A program made the translations under genes and the position numbers. The notes under the pieces were generated by a model. That model was not told where the DNA came from, ran no database searches, and saw only the letters and a program-made list of their open reading frames with translations. A stretch of 63,693 bases of DNA, the filler included. It is 4 parts of 4 records of this genome, joined end to end, with 100 filler letters (N's around TTAATTAATTAA, not from the genome) between each part and the next. Parts side by side here need not be neighbours in the genome. Positions count along the whole stretch, not along the records: positions 37,789 to 57,451 come from SRR22947725_7676; positions 57,552 to 63,693 come from SRR22947725_7707; 2 more parts are not named here. One strand, given 5' to 3'. Shown piece after piece: positions 52,566 to 62,639 of the stretch (within the stretch, counting starts at the first letter, position 1; each line of letters begins with the position of its first letter).

Positions 52566-52931
52566 TTAGGCAGCTAGCGCTGCTTTAGCTTGCTCCACGA
52601 CAGATGCAAATGCTTCTGGCTCCTGAGCCGCTAAATCAGCTAAAACTTTTCTGTCCACCTCAATACCCGCTTTAGTCAAACCGTTAATAAAACGAGAGTA
52701 AGTAAGTGTTTCATCAATAGCTCTACAACCAGCATTTATTCTCTGAATCCAAAGAGCTCTAAAGTTCCTTTTTCTGACTTTACGATCTCTTGTGGCGTAC
52801 TGATTAGCCTTATCTACGGCCTGGGTAGCAGTCTTAAAAACATTTTTTCTTCGTCCATAATAGCCTTTTGCTGCTTTAATTACTTTTTTATGGCGGGCGT
52901 GGGTAACTTTTCCTGATGTAACTCGTGACAT
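52566..52931 (-). CDS. rplT: 50S ribosomal protein L20
   Basis: [23 protein letters not shown]. Confidence 0.98.
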   Translation of the reverse strand: MSRVTSGKVTHARHKKVIKAAKGYYGRRKNVFKTATQAVDKANQYATRDRKVRKRNFRALWIQRINAGCRAIDETLTYSRFINGLTKAGIEVDRKVLADLAAQEPEAFASVVEQAKAALAA

Positions 52932-52945
52932 TTAATAAATCTCCT

Positions 52946-53146
52946 TCAACGCGCGTATGGCATATATTTTTTTACGATTTTTTCATCTGCTGGGCAGAGA
53001 AGAGTCGTACCACGAGCATTTCGGATAAATTTCCTGCTACGCTTTATCATACCATGTCGCTTTCCAGCCTGTCCGGCTTTAACTCTACCGGAAGCTGTCA
53101 TGGAGAAGCGCTTTTTAGCGCCAGACTTCGTCTTCATCTTAGGCAT
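52946..53146 (-). CDS. rpmI: 50S ribosomal protein L35
   Basis: [22 protein letters not shown]. Confidence 0.98.
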   Translation of the reverse strand: MPKMKTKSGAKKRFSMTASGRVKAGQAGKRHGMIKRSRKFIRNARGTTLLCPADEKIVKKYMPYAR

Positions 53147-53157
53147 TTCCATCTCCT

Positions 53158-53248
53158 AGGTTTGAGTGCTTTCGATTTGCCTCGGCATGCCAATTTAAGC
53201 CGGACAGATCACTAAGACCCGCTTATTAAGCAAGATAGCACCTCTTTG
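53158..53248 (-). promoter_or_regulatory. rpmI-rplT promoter and structured leader
   Basis: TTGCAA-N17-TAATAA, then hairpin AGTG..CGGC-loop(GGCAT)-GCCG..CACT abutting the RBS. Confidence 0.45.
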
Positions 53249-53304
53249 CAAGCCCTCATCGATGTTTATTACGGTGTTAGGTTTTAAAAAGTCAAAAGAA
53301 GTAA

Positions 53305-54750
53305 CTACTCAGGCTCACTTGAGGAAATCAACTGCTCATCACATGGTGCTACTCTTAAAATATTTGTCGACCCTGGAACATTAAAAGGTACTCCTGCTGT
53401 AACAACAATATAGTCTTTTTTCTCAGCAAATTTATATTTTATTGCGGCTCTTGAAGCATTAACTACGGCCATCTTAAATCTATCTAATTCCTCCGTCATA
53501 ACAGAATGCGCTCCCCAAGTTAAACACAAACGTCGAGCAGTATTAATCAACGACGTCATAGCTATTATCGGAACATGTGGTCTTTCTCTGGCTACAAGTA
53601 AGGCGGTGGTCCCAGACTGGCTAAAACAACAAATTGCCTTTATCTCAGTAGTTTCAGAGATCTCTCTAGCTGCCGAAACAATAGCATCCGCAATACTTTG
53701 TTTTTTTCCTTCCCTTTGTGCCGCTAGAATAACTCTGTGGTTAGGATCATTTTCCACTTCAATTGCAATACTATCCATAGTTGTAACGGCTTCTATAGGA
53801 AAATGCCCTGCCGCTGACTCTGCCGAAAGCATTACTGCATCTGCGCCCTCATATATTGCTGTTGCAACATCAGAAACCTCTGCTCGGGTGGGAATTGGAC
53901 TGTCAATCATTGACTCCAACATTTGTGTTGCAACAATAACTGGTTTTGCAAACTCACGACATTTACGAATAAGCTGTTTTTGTATAGGGGGAATATTTTG
54001 AACAGGTAACTCAACTCCAAGATCTCCCCTAGCCACCATAATTCCATCTGAGACTTTTAAGATCGAATCAAAGTTTTTAACAGCTGTTGGTTTTTCTATT
54101 TTAGACATAACAGCAGCTCGACCCTTAATTAACTTAATTGCCTCTTCTACATCTTCAGCTCTTTGCACAAAGCTTAGCGCCAGCCAATCTACTCCTAGAT
54201 TGCAAACAAACTCAAGGTCACTTTTATCTTTAGAAGACAACGCCTTCAAAGGGAGTACAGTATCTGGAATATTAACACCTTTATTATTTGAAATCGTACC
54301 ACCGACTACTACTTTACAATTGAGGTAATTTGCACCACCCTCAATAACCTCTAACCTTATTTTACCATCATTTATAAGAATTGAAGATCCAGGTTTTAAT
54401 ACTGAATAAATCTCTTTATGATGTAACTGTACCCTTTTAGCGTCTCCTTTATTGTCACACATATCTAACCTGAATAAATCGTTAGCTTTAAGTTCCGCTT
54501 TTCCACCTGCAAAACTACCAACACGCAGCTTGGGGCCTTGTAAATCTGCTAGAATTGCAATCGGACGTTGAACGTCACGTTCAACCATTCTGATTGTCTC
54601 ATGCCATATCTTGACCTGACCATGACTTCCGTGACTCATGTTTAATCTGAAAACATCTGCCCCTGCCATATAGAGCTCTTTAATTGTGTCGTAATCAGAT
54701 GAAGCAGGTCCTAGGGTGGCAACTACTTTAACACTTCTATGACGCCTCAT
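53305..54750 (-). CDS. pyk: Pyruvate kinase
   Basis: ATLGPAS, RLNMSHG, DLQGPKLR, MVARGDLGVE, ATQMLESM. Confidence 0.98.
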   Translation of the reverse strand: MRRHRSVKVVATLGPASSDYDTIKELYMAGADVFRLNMSHGSHGQVKIWHETIRMVERDVQRPIAILADLQGPKLRVGSFAGGKAELKANDLFRLDMCDNKGDAKRVQLHHKEIYSVLKPGSSILINDGKIRLEVIEGGANYLNCKVVVGGTISNNKGVNIPDTVLPLKALSSKDKSDLEFVCNLGVDWLALSFVQRAEDVEEAIKLIKGRAAVMSKIEKPTAVKNFDSILKVSDGIMVARGDLGVELPVQNIPPIQKQLIRKCREFAKPVIVATQMLESMIDSPIPTRAEVSDVATAIYEGADAVMLSAESAAGHFPIEAVTTMDSIAIEVENDPNHRVILAAQREGKKQSIADAIVSAAREISETTEIKAICCFSQSGTTALLVARERPHVPIIAMTSLINTARRLCLTWGAHSVMTEELDRFKMAVVNASRAAIKYKFAEKKDYIVVTAGVPFNVPGSTNILRVAPCDEQLISSSEPE

Positions 54751-54862
54751 AATAATCTTTTTCCCATTTTGTTCTATACTACCCTATATTTTATGTATGG
54801 TATATACTGTCAATCAGGATAAGCACTTGATCTATTAAAATTTAATTAAAAACTATAATTAT

Positions 54863-55612
54863 ATGAAATATACACCATTTGAATTAGTAGGCTCAAATAA
54901 GCCTAACAATATAATTTGTATCTGTGATCATGCCTCCAATGTGGTTCCTAACTTTTGGAGTAAAAAAGGACTTGGTATTAACAGATCAGAAATGGAGCGA
55001 CATATAGCCTACGACTTGGGAGCGAAAAATTTAACCAAAACATTATCAAAGCTCCTAAATGGACCAGCCATTTTATCAAACTTTTCTAGGTTGGTAATTG
55101 ATCCTAATCGTGGGAAAAATGATCCAACCTTGATTATGAAGTTATACGATGGGACTATTATCCCAGAAAATAGAGAAGTCAGTGAAATAGAAAAATTGCG
55201 TCGCGTTAATGAATACTATGATCCATATCACAACGCTGTTCAGACCGTTATAGACTCTAGAAAACATCCAATTATTATATCCATACATAGCTTTACACCA
55301 AAATTAAAGAATGGCCATCAAAGACCTTGGGAACTTGGCGTCCTACATACTATAGATAGAAGATTATCTAGCGATTTACTTGTAGAGCTGAGAAAGGATA
55401 AGGCATTGTGCATTGGTGATAATCTACCATATTCAGGTGACCTCCCCGGCGACACTCTGGATCAACATTGTATACCTTCCAATCACTTACATGCTCTGAT
55501 AGAATTACGAAATGACCTTTTAGCGAGTGAAACGTTAATAAATCATTGGGCAAATTACCTGGCTTCGAAAATCTTGAAGGTAGTAAAAAACTCAACTACG
55601 AAAAGGATATAA
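54863..55612 (+). CDS. N-formylglutamate amidohydrolase family protein
   Basis: CDHASN, HIAYDLG, SRLVIDPNR, SIHSFTP, ELRNDL. Confidence 0.92.
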   Translation: MKYTPFELVGSNKPNNIICICDHASNVVPNFWSKKGLGINRSEMERHIAYDLGAKNLTKTLSKLLNGPAILSNFSRLVIDPNRGKNDPTLIMKLYDGTIIPENREVSEIEKLRRVNEYYDPYHNAVQTVIDSRKHPIIISIHSFTPKLKNGHQRPWELGVLHTIDRRLSSDLLVELRKDKALCIGDNLPYSGDLPGDTLDQHCIPSNHLHALIELRNDLLASETLINHWANYLASKILKVVKNSTTKRI

Positions 55613-55613
55613 A

Positions 55614-55910
55614 TTGGACAACAAAACTGAAATTGAGGTTGAAGCAGCTGCATTTAGAACACTTCGAAAGCATTTGATGACTAGAAGTGACGTGCAAAAT
55701 ATTGACATGATGAACTTAACTGGTTTTTGCAGGAACTGCCTAAGCAGATGGTACCAAGAGGCTGCTGAAGATCAAGGCGTAACAATAGACAAAATGGCAG
55801 CACGAGAAATATTCTATGGTATGCCATTTGAAGACTGGATAGTTAAACATCAATCTGAAGCTACACCAGAACAAAATGAAAATTTTAAAAAATCACATTC
55901 TAATGAGTAA
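55614..55910 (+). CDS. DUF1244 protein
   Basis: EAAAFR, DVQNIDMMNLTGFCRNCL. Confidence 0.92.
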   Translation: MDNKTEIEVEAAAFRTLRKHLMTRSDVQNIDMMNLTGFCRNCLSRWYQEAAEDQGVTIDKMAAREIFYGMPFEDWIVKHQSEATPEQNENFKKSHSNE

Positions 55911-55919
55911 GATATAAAA

Positions 55920-56771
55920 TTAAATTGCTGTTTTTAAACTTTCCTCAATGTATATTTTTCTGAGCTGTTTCGAAACTTGTCCAGGTATTCCAGTACCTAT
56001 TTTTTGTCCATCGATTTCGACCACAGGGGTCGTGAATAAAGTGGCCGATGTGATAAAAGCTTCATCAGCTGATATCACCTCTTCAACTGTAAACGCCCGC
56101 TCGTCAACTTTCATATGCGCTAGATTAGCGTATCTAAGAATAGCTGAACGTGTGATCCCACCCAAAATTTCATTACCTAGTTCCCTTGTTATAATAGTGC
56201 CATTCTTAACAATATAAGCATTATTAGATGTCCCCTCAGTTACTTTTCCCTCATGCACCATCCAGGCATCATCAGCTCCAGAAGCTAAAGCCATCATTTT
56301 ACCCATACACGGATATAAAAGTTGTACTGTTTTAATATCACATCTACCCCAACGCTGATCATCTATAGAAATAACCTTCATTCCACGCTGTGCAAGTGGA
56401 CTTTCTGACATAGACTTTTCTTGCGTAAACATGACAACCGTCGGCGAGATATTATCTGGAAAGGCAAAATCTCTATCAGCCACGCCTCGTGTCACTTGTA
56501 GATATACTAAACCCTCTAAAACGCTATTCTTTTGAACCAATACCCTATGCACCTTCAAAAGGTCCTCTGAGGTTATAGGGTTAGCCATCTGGAGCTCTGA
56601 GAGAGACCTAGTTAAGCGCATAAAATGACCTTCAAAGTCAATTAACTTACCACCTATAACACTGGTAACTTCATATACACCATCTGCAAATAGAAAGCCC
56701 CTATCAAAAATCGATATCTTTGCCTCTTCTTCTCGTACGTACTCACCATTAACATAAACTATTCGCGTCAT
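55920..56771 (-). CDS. dat: D-amino-acid transaminase (class IV PLP)
   Basis: DRGFLFADGVYEV, RWGRCDIKT, EGTSNN, ILGGITR. Confidence 0.92.
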   Translation of the reverse strand: MTRIVYVNGEYVREEEAKISIFDRGFLFADGVYEVTSVIGGKLIDFEGHFMRLTRSLSELQMANPITSEDLLKVHRVLVQKNSVLEGLVYLQVTRGVADRDFAFPDNISPTVVMFTQEKSMSESPLAQRGMKVISIDDQRWGRCDIKTVQLLYPCMGKMMALASGADDAWMVHEGKVTEGTSNNAYIVKNGTIITRELGNEILGGITRSAILRYANLAHMKVDERAFTVEEVISADEAFITSATLFTTPVVEIDGQKIGTGIPGQVSKQLRKIYIEESLKTAI

Positions 56772-56892
56772 TTTATTAATTTACCAATCCTTTTTAAGAG
56801 ACTTTGCTTAACCATCTAAAAGCATTAACTTCAAGACCCTTTGGACAATAATTTATATGAAAGAGAGTCGCACTAAATACTTAAAAAAAATT

Positions 56893-57258
56893 TTAATACT
56901 TACTCAAAAGTCCAGATATTAGGCTTTCGTTTTTTTCAAAGTCCAAGGCGGGTCCTGATTTTATAACAGTATTACGTTTAAAACTAAAATCGATTACGTC
57001 ACCATTAACCTGCTGCGCAACAATTAACGCCTGGTAGGAATGCGAATTATTAGAATATATATCAACTAGACCACGTAATTTGATATCTTCCATTGCTTTA
57101 ATTGAAAAACTATTATCTGAAAATTTAATTATTGGATAAAACTTATCGTTAAATCTTACCTTCATAGAAATGTTTTTTTCTAACTTTTTATTCCGAGCTT
57201 TTCCAAGCTCATCAATTATATATTCTGGCAAATACCCTATCATTTCCATGCACCCCAC
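56893..57258 (-). CDS. Conserved hypothetical protein
   Basis: 121 aa ORF, LRGLVDIY..., FSFKRNT, PALDFE; start uncertain. Confidence 0.7.
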   Translation of the reverse strand: MGCMEMIGYLPEYIIDELGKARNKKLEKNISMKVRFNDKFYPIIKFSDNSFSIKAMEDIKLRGLVDIYSNNSHSYQALIVAQQVNGDVIDFSFKRNTVIKSGPALDFEKNESLISGLLSKY

Positions 57259-57319
57259 ACGTTACGTAAGAATATTGATTAAATCATAGGTGTCAAACTA
57301 TTTACATTAAAATTAAAAG

Positions 57320-57451
57320 CTAGTTAACTTTGGGCCTTAATAAATGTGGTATCTGAGGGTCATACAATGCTGAGTCCCTAAAATCCCGTATATCTGCCAT
57401 GGCTGGTCCAACCATTATTAATGCTGTGCGTGTGATTTTTTCTTTTTTTAC
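57320..57451 (-). CDS. cobM: Precorrin-4 C11-methyltransferase, 3' end (truncated)
   Basis: Manual translation VKKEKITRTALIMVGPAMADIRDFRDSALYDPQIPHLLRPKVN*. Confidence 0.8.
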   Translation of the reverse strand, partial: VKKEKITRTALIMVGPAMADIRDFRDSALYDPQIPHLLRPKVN

Positions 57452-57551
57452 NNNNNNNNNNNNNNNNNNNNNNNNNNNNNNNNNNNNNNNNNNNNTTAAT
57501 TAATTAANNNNNNNNNNNNNNNNNNNNNNNNNNNNNNNNNNNNNNNNNNNN
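57452..57551. other. Artificial contig linker
   Basis: N44-TTAATTAATTAA-N44. Confidence 0.99.
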
Positions 57552-57919
57552 CCATTAGTGCTAGTGATGTAAGCATATTCTAAAGTTTGAAAAAGGGTAC
57601 ACCTTAGAAACTCTTCGTCAAATTCTATACTGTTAAATCCAATATATGTAGCTTTGCCCCATCGTTTTAAAGTTTCAACAAATTGTCTTACCATCTCATA
57701 ATGAGATAAATTTGACTCCTTTAGCATTTTTGGTGTTGATTTATTTACAATCAAGGCCATAGCTTCAGGAATAATTCCTGGGTTTAATCTACATCTTGCA
57801 TCAAAACGATCTAGTTCATCCAAGTTATCGTTTGTTAAAACTGCTCCAATTTGAATGATTTGACCCCAATACTTATTTGATGAACTGGTCTCAAAATCGT
57901 AAAAGACAAAATTTGACAT
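57552..57919 (-). CDS. sbcB: Exonuclease I, 5' part (truncated)
   Basis: FVFYDFETS (DEDDh Exo I), QIGA, GFNSIEFDEEFLR. Confidence 0.88.
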
Positions 57920-57926
57920 GATAAAT

Positions 57927-58958
57927 TTATTTAAGAACTTTAATTTTTTCTGAATTTTCTTCTAAAGTTTCCTTAACTTGTTGAGGATCTTTTATATTAG
58001 AAAGTGTATTCATAATTGATCTTGCGTCTCTACCAAATCCATCAGTAGCGGTCATAGCTTGTTCAAGTTTTTTTCTCAAATCTTTGATGCCATCAAAATG
58101 TTTATCAAATCTTGAGCTAATATTTCTTAAATCGCTATAAATTTGAGTTGCATGTTGCTGTACTTTTAAAGTTTGAAATCCCAAATGATAAGATTGAAGT
58201 AAAGCTGATAAAGTATTAGGTCCTGAAATTGTTACTTTATATTTTGTTCTTAGTTCATGTAATAACAATTCTTTAGTTTTGGGATCTCTATAACTTGAAA
58301 GCTCTGCAAAAAGTCCTTCTGTGGGTACATAGACAATCGCAAAATCTGTGCTTTTAGGCGGAGCTATATATTTTAAATTTACTGACTTAGCTTTTAATCT
58401 AAATGCTGCCGCTAAATCTTTTCTTGCTTCTGCTTGAGCATCTTTATCATTAGCATTATACGCATCATCAATAGCTTTATATTTTTCCACAGGCCAGTGG
58501 CTGTCGATTGGCAACATGACGTCTTGGAGCTTAATAGCAAATTCTACTGTTTCTGAAGTTTCCTCAGGTTTCATTTTAACGTTAGCTATAAATTGTGATG
58601 CTGGCAGTAAATCTTTTAATAGCGAACCAAGTCCAAACTCGGCTAAAGTGCCGTAAGTTTTTACTCCACTTAAAATTTTACTGAAATTATCTTGGCTTCT
58701 ATTTAATTCACCTACTTGTTGATTAAAAACTCCAACTTTTTCATCTACTTTTGTAAGAGCCCCTGTCATATCTCTAGCTATCTCCTTGCTCATAGAGCCA
58801 AAGGATTGGCTAAAGGAATTCTTTAGCGAGCTAACTTCGTCTTTAAATATCTGACTATTGTCAGTTAACTCTGGCTGCTTACGCTTAAATAAGAGAACAA
58901 CTGCTATTAAATTAGCTAGTAATAGACAAATAACTATAGCAATAAGTATCGAATCCAT
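57927..58958 (-). CDS. rmuC: DNA recombination protein RmuC
   Basis: N-terminal TM + coiled coil, LPIDSHWP, KYIAPPKSTDFAIVYVPTEGLFAE, GPNTL. Confidence 0.9.
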   Translation of the reverse strand: MDSILIAIVICLLLANLIAVVLLFKRKQPELTDNSQIFKDEVSSLKNSFSQSFGSMSKEIARDMTGALTKVDEKVGVFNQQVGELNRSQDNFSKILSGVKTYGTLAEFGLGSLLKDLLPASQFIANVKMKPEETSETVEFAIKLQDVMLPIDSHWPVEKYKAIDDAYNANDKDAQAEARKDLAAAFRLKAKSVNLKYIAPPKSTDFAIVYVPTEGLFAELSSYRDPKTKELLLHELRTKYKVTISGPNTLSALLQSYHLGFQTLKVQQHATQIYSDLRNISSRFDKHFDGIKDLRKKLEQAMTATDGFGRDARSIMNTLSNIKDPQQVKETLEENSEKIKVLK

Positions 58959-59003
58959 AAACAATTATATATCATTTACGATATTAATTCTAAATGATTG
59001 GTT

Positions 59004-60317
59004 TTACGACTTATTTTCTTGGCTGGATAAGTCTGCCCCTGTATCAGGGTCAAGCTCAATACCTAGTGGAGTAATATCTTTTGGTAATGGAGTAAAAGAA
59101 CTATCTGGATTTTCTTCATATTCACTTCGCGTTATTCGATAGATGCCGAAGATGACCATTAGAGTTAAAAATAAAATAATGTAAACGAAAAAACCATTAG
59201 CACCAAGTAACTGCATTGTTACGGAGCACAATATTGGTCCAAATATTGCCCCTACTCCAAAAACTATGTTTAAGCCAGATCCAGCAGCTACGAATTTATC
59301 TTTTGTAATATTATCGTTTACATATGCAAGAATAATAGGGAAAAAAGTAAGTGTCATGCCCGCCATTAATGTAATACTTAAAAATAATTTTGTTTTTTCT
59401 AACGTAGTAGAAAAATAATTAAACTTAGTAAGATTATGAGTAAAAGCATTAATAAATGGTGTTCCTGAAAATAGTATTGCTGACATACAAAAAATAATTG
59501 CGAATATTCCACTAGTTATAATGACTTTTCTACGATCCATTCTGTCAGAGATATAACCAATAGGCCATTGAAAAATAGCTCCTGCAGCTACTATAAGAGT
59601 AAGAAGTATTGAAATTTCATAAATTGTTAAATTCATATTAGCCGCGTAAACCGAAGCAAGAGTTAAAACAGCAGAGTAAATAAATCCAGTGCACAACATA
59701 GCAAAACTTCCAAAAGGAGAAATACGATAGAGTTCTTTTATACTCATTGAAGCTGTTTTTTTAAATTTCGGGGGTTTTTTTTTTGCTAAAAGAATTGGTA
59801 CTAAAGCAATTGAAAATAAAACTGAAATTAAAATAAAAGGCTCATACTTAGTAGGGCTACTAACGTTTAGTAATAAATTACCTGTTGCAAAAGCAACGTA
59901 AGTAATAATCATATATAATGATAAAATTTGTCCTCGATTTCTATTAGTTGCTCTATCATTTAACCAACTTTCTGTAACAATAAAAATAGCTATCATTGAA
60001 AAACCAGTTAAAAATCTACCAAAAATCCAAACGTAAGGATTAACAAAAGTTACATGTATTAATGCACTTAGTGAAGCTAAACTAGCGAAAGCTGAAAATG
60101 TTCTGATATGTCCAACACTATTAATTAGTTTTGGACAATAAAATGCTCCAATGAAATAACCCAAAAAATATCCTGAAAAGAGTGCACCGACTGCTAGATA
60201 ATTAAATTTTTCTATTACCGCTCTTACTCCAAGAAGGTTTCCCTGAAATCCATGTGCTGTAGCTAAGATAGCAAAGCCAATAAATAGAGCCCAATTATTT
60301 TTTAAAGTTTTATACAT
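59004..60317 (-). CDS. MFS transporter (YcaD-like)
   Basis: 12 TM helices, VGHIRTFSAFAS, ESWLND, QWPIGYISDRMDRR. Confidence 0.92.
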   Translation of the reverse strand: MYKTLKNNWALFIGFAILATAHGFQGNLLGVRAVIEKFNYLAVGALFSGYFLGYFIGAFYCPKLINSVGHIRTFSAFASLASLSALIHVTFVNPYVWIFGRFLTGFSMIAIFIVTESWLNDRATNRNRGQILSLYMIITYVAFATGNLLLNVSSPTKYEPFILISVLFSIALVPILLAKKKPPKFKKTASMSIKELYRISPFGSFAMLCTGFIYSAVLTLASVYAANMNLTIYEISILLTLIVAAGAIFQWPIGYISDRMDRRKVIITSGIFAIIFCMSAILFSGTPFINAFTHNLTKFNYFSTTLEKTKLFLSITLMAGMTLTFFPIILAYVNDNITKDKFVAAGSGLNIVFGVGAIFGPILCSVTMQLLGANGFFVYIILFLTLMVIFGIYRITRSEYEENPDSSFTPLPKDITPLGIELDPDTGADLSSQENKS

Positions 60318-60327
60318 TCGGCCCTAA

Positions 60328-61293
60328 TTAAATATTAATTAAGTTTTTTTTGTGACTAATTATCTCTTTTGATGCCTTAGTTTTTTTAATCCATTGAAGA
60401 GGTATAGATTTAACACCCCTCAATGCCGCAAAATAAGCTCCAGTAAAATTAGCTCTAGAGCAATTACAACCACCAGCCTTAATTGTTTTGATGACGGCAG
60501 ATTTGTAGTTGGAGCTTGTTATGATTGCGTGAATAGACCCCATAAATGTACCCGGATAACTGCATGCCTTACCAAATTTTTTAACAACTTGAATATGATT
60601 TTGATTTTTTAATCTAAGAACTTTTTTAATATTATTTACCACCTCTTTAAAATACATACTTTTTCCGTATTTTTTTATGAACCTCTTAATGGGATCATTT
60701 TCACCTTTCTTGGCTAAATCTATGATCTTTAATTTTGCTAAAGCATAAACCTCATTAGTTTTTGTGTTAGCTACAGTTTTAATAATTTTTTTTAGATCTT
60801 TTTCTGAATTATTATAAAGATAATAAGGTAGAGCTGCACAGAAACCATCTGACTCATTTACTTTAGTGCCACCTGTTATGCCTTTTTTAGCTTTTATGTT
60901 TTTTATGGTCTCTAAAATGTTTTGATGAATCCAAGGACCATTCATAGGCTTTTTCCACTTAATTTTTTTGTATTTCTTACGAAGCTTTAAATTTCTCCAA
61001 TAAGCAGAACCTGGTCCAAAGTTTTTTACTATGTTTTTTTTAAAATTTTTAATTATGTCTGATTTTTTCTTTGTAGAAATTAGGGTTTTAAACATAACTT
61101 GGCCTACATCATTATAGCCTGACACATTTCCAGTTTTAATGGAGTAAAAAGGACTTTTATTTTTTTTTAGAAAAGCAATTTCTTTTTTACCCTTAATATA
61201 CCCTTTTAATTTTTTTGGATCGTAAACCCAGTGCAAAGGTCTTGCTGCAGCGTCAGCTACAGTTGCACCTAAAAAAATTTCAAAATTATCCAT
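60328..61293 (-). CDS. ADP-ribosylglycohydrolase family, SelJ/J1-crystallin-like
   Basis: GATVADAAARPLHWVYD, GKACSYPG, GGCNCSR, IP..W; start overlaps the rlmN stop. Confidence 0.75.
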   Translation of the reverse strand: MDNFEIFLGATVADAAARPLHWVYDPKKLKGYIKGKKEIAFLKKNKSPFYSIKTGNVSGYNDVGQVMFKTLISTKKKSDIIKNFKKNIVKNFGPGSAYWRNLKLRKKYKKIKWKKPMNGPWIHQNILETIKNIKAKKGITGGTKVNESDGFCAALPYYLYNNSEKDLKKIIKTVANTKTNEVYALAKLKIIDLAKKGENDPIKRFIKKYGKSMYFKEVVNNIKKVLRLKNQNHIQVVKKFGKACSYPGTFMGSIHAIITSSNYKSAVIKTIKAGGCNCSRANFTGAYFAALRGVKSIPLQWIKKTKASKEIISHKKNLINI

Positions 61294-62377
61294 TACCCAC
61301 TGCTTTCTTATTTGCAAGTGATCCACAAGAAGCATTTATATCTCGACCTCTACTTCTTCTAAATAAAGATAAAAAACCACTATCTTGAATAGTTTTTGAA
61401 AACTTATCTATTTTTTCTTGAGATGCAGGTTTAAAATCTTTATTTGCTAGAGGGTTAAATTCAATTAAATTTAACTTTGATGGAACTTTTTTCATAATCT
61501 TAATAAGTTCTTTTGCATGTTCATCAGTCATATTTTCTTCCAAACAAATCCACTCAATAAAAATAGGTAACTTAGTTAGATCGTAATATTTTTTTAGCTT
61601 TGGTATTAAAGAGTCAATAGAATACTTATCGTTAATAGGCATAATTTCTGATCTGTGTTTTGGAACAGAACTATGTAAACTCCAAGCTAAGTAAACGTCT
61701 AACTCTTTTGCAGCCCATTCAATAGCATCTACATCATCTTTTTTAATTCCAACTCCAACAGTGCTAACTGTAATACGTGTGCGTCCATACTCAAGGCCAT
61801 CTTTATTTTTAGAGTTATCGATTGCAATCTTCACTGAATCTAAATTTAAAAATGGGCTACCTTCACCCATTAGGACTTGATTGGTGATTAATTTCTGTGT
61901 TGACCAGTCATCAATATAATCCTTACATAAAATAATCTGAGAAATAATCTCTCCTGGTGTTAAATTTCGAACTAATTTTTTTGAAATTTGTGCAGTTGCA
62001 CAAAATTCACATGATAGATAACAACCTACCGAAACAGAAAGACAAATAGTATATCTGCTTTGAGTTTTGTCTGGAATTAAAACTGTTTCGACATTTCGTT
62101 TATCTTTTAATTCTAAGAGAAATTTAATTGTTCCATCTTTAGATTTTTGAACATCTATAATCTTGGGCTTATCTAAACTTATAAGATTTTTTATTTTTTC
62201 TCTAAGCTCTAAACCAAAGGTTGTTAATTCATCTAAACTTTTAATGTTCTTTTTGTATACAGCATTAAACATTTGTTGTGCCCGCATCTTAGCTTTGCTG
62301 CCATCAACTTCAGCTTTATCAATTAAAAAGTTTTTTAATTGATCAAAATTTAAATCATAGAAGTTTTGTTTTTCCAT
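61286..62377 (-). CDS. rlmN: RlmN/Cfr-family radical SAM RNA methyltransferase (divergent)
   Basis: SKDGTIKFL, VETVLIP, CYLSCEFCATA, RNLTPGEI, SLH, RGRDINASCG. Confidence 0.85.
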   Translation of the reverse strand: MEKQNFYDLNFDQLKNFLIDKAEVDGSKAKMRAQQMFNAVYKKNIKSLDELTTFGLELREKIKNLISLDKPKIIDVQKSKDGTIKFLLELKDKRNVETVLIPDKTQSRYTICLSVSVGCYLSCEFCATAQISKKLVRNLTPGEIISQIILCKDYIDDWSTQKLITNQVLMGEGSPFLNLDSVKIAIDNSKNKDGLEYGRTRITVSTVGVGIKKDDVDAIEWAAKELDVYLAWSLHSSVPKHRSEIMPINDKYSIDSLIPKLKKYYDLTKLPIFIEWICLEENMTDEHAKELIKIMKKVPSKLNLIEFNPLANKDFKPASQEKIDKFSKTIQDSGFLSLFRRSRGRDINASCGSLANKKAVGNG

Positions 62378-62398
62378 CTACGGGAGTATTAAAGACTT

Positions 62399-62422
62399 GA
62401 GAGGGGTTTTAAAACCCCTCTC
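62399..62422. terminator. Perfect 24-bp palindrome, probable terminator of the upstream small gene
   Basis: GAGAGGGGTTTTAAAACCCCTCTC, 8 nt after the 62431 stop on the minus strand. Confidence 0.65.
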
Positions 62423-62430
62423 TATAAAGA

Positions 62431-62622
62431 TTAAAGTTTATTTTTATCAGTTTTTAAATGCTTAAGTACTTTTCCAGCATTTTTTCCTTCCTTAATCAAA
62501 TAACCGCTCGTTCCATTAGCATTAGCTGCTGGAGCCTCAGTTGTCTTATTAAGTTGCTGTGCAAGTTTAGCCTCTGACTTTTTTCGGCTGAACTCACCAA
62601 GCAAACGTGAAAATCTATTCAT
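62431..62622 (-). CDS. Small basic hypothetical protein
   Basis: RBS AAAGGAG, ATG AAT AGA; motif ANGTSGYLIKEGKNAGKVLKH. Confidence 0.7.
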   Translation of the reverse strand: MNRFSRLLGEFSRKKSEAKLAQQLNKTTEAPAANANGTSGYLIKEGKNAGKVLKHLKTDKNKL

Positions 62623-62639
62623 CACATCTCCTTTCATTT

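Noticed and set aside
52399-52584. Open frame with a hydrophobic stretch in-frame upstream of pheS (possible N-terminal extension or rplT frameshift fusion)
   Set aside because: No convincing start/RBS or slippery site; low-complexity AT-rich DNA; PheS similarity begins at MDDLEN
60562-60564. Selenocysteine recoding in the SelJ-like gene
   Set aside because: The codon is TGC (Cys); there is no in-frame TGA
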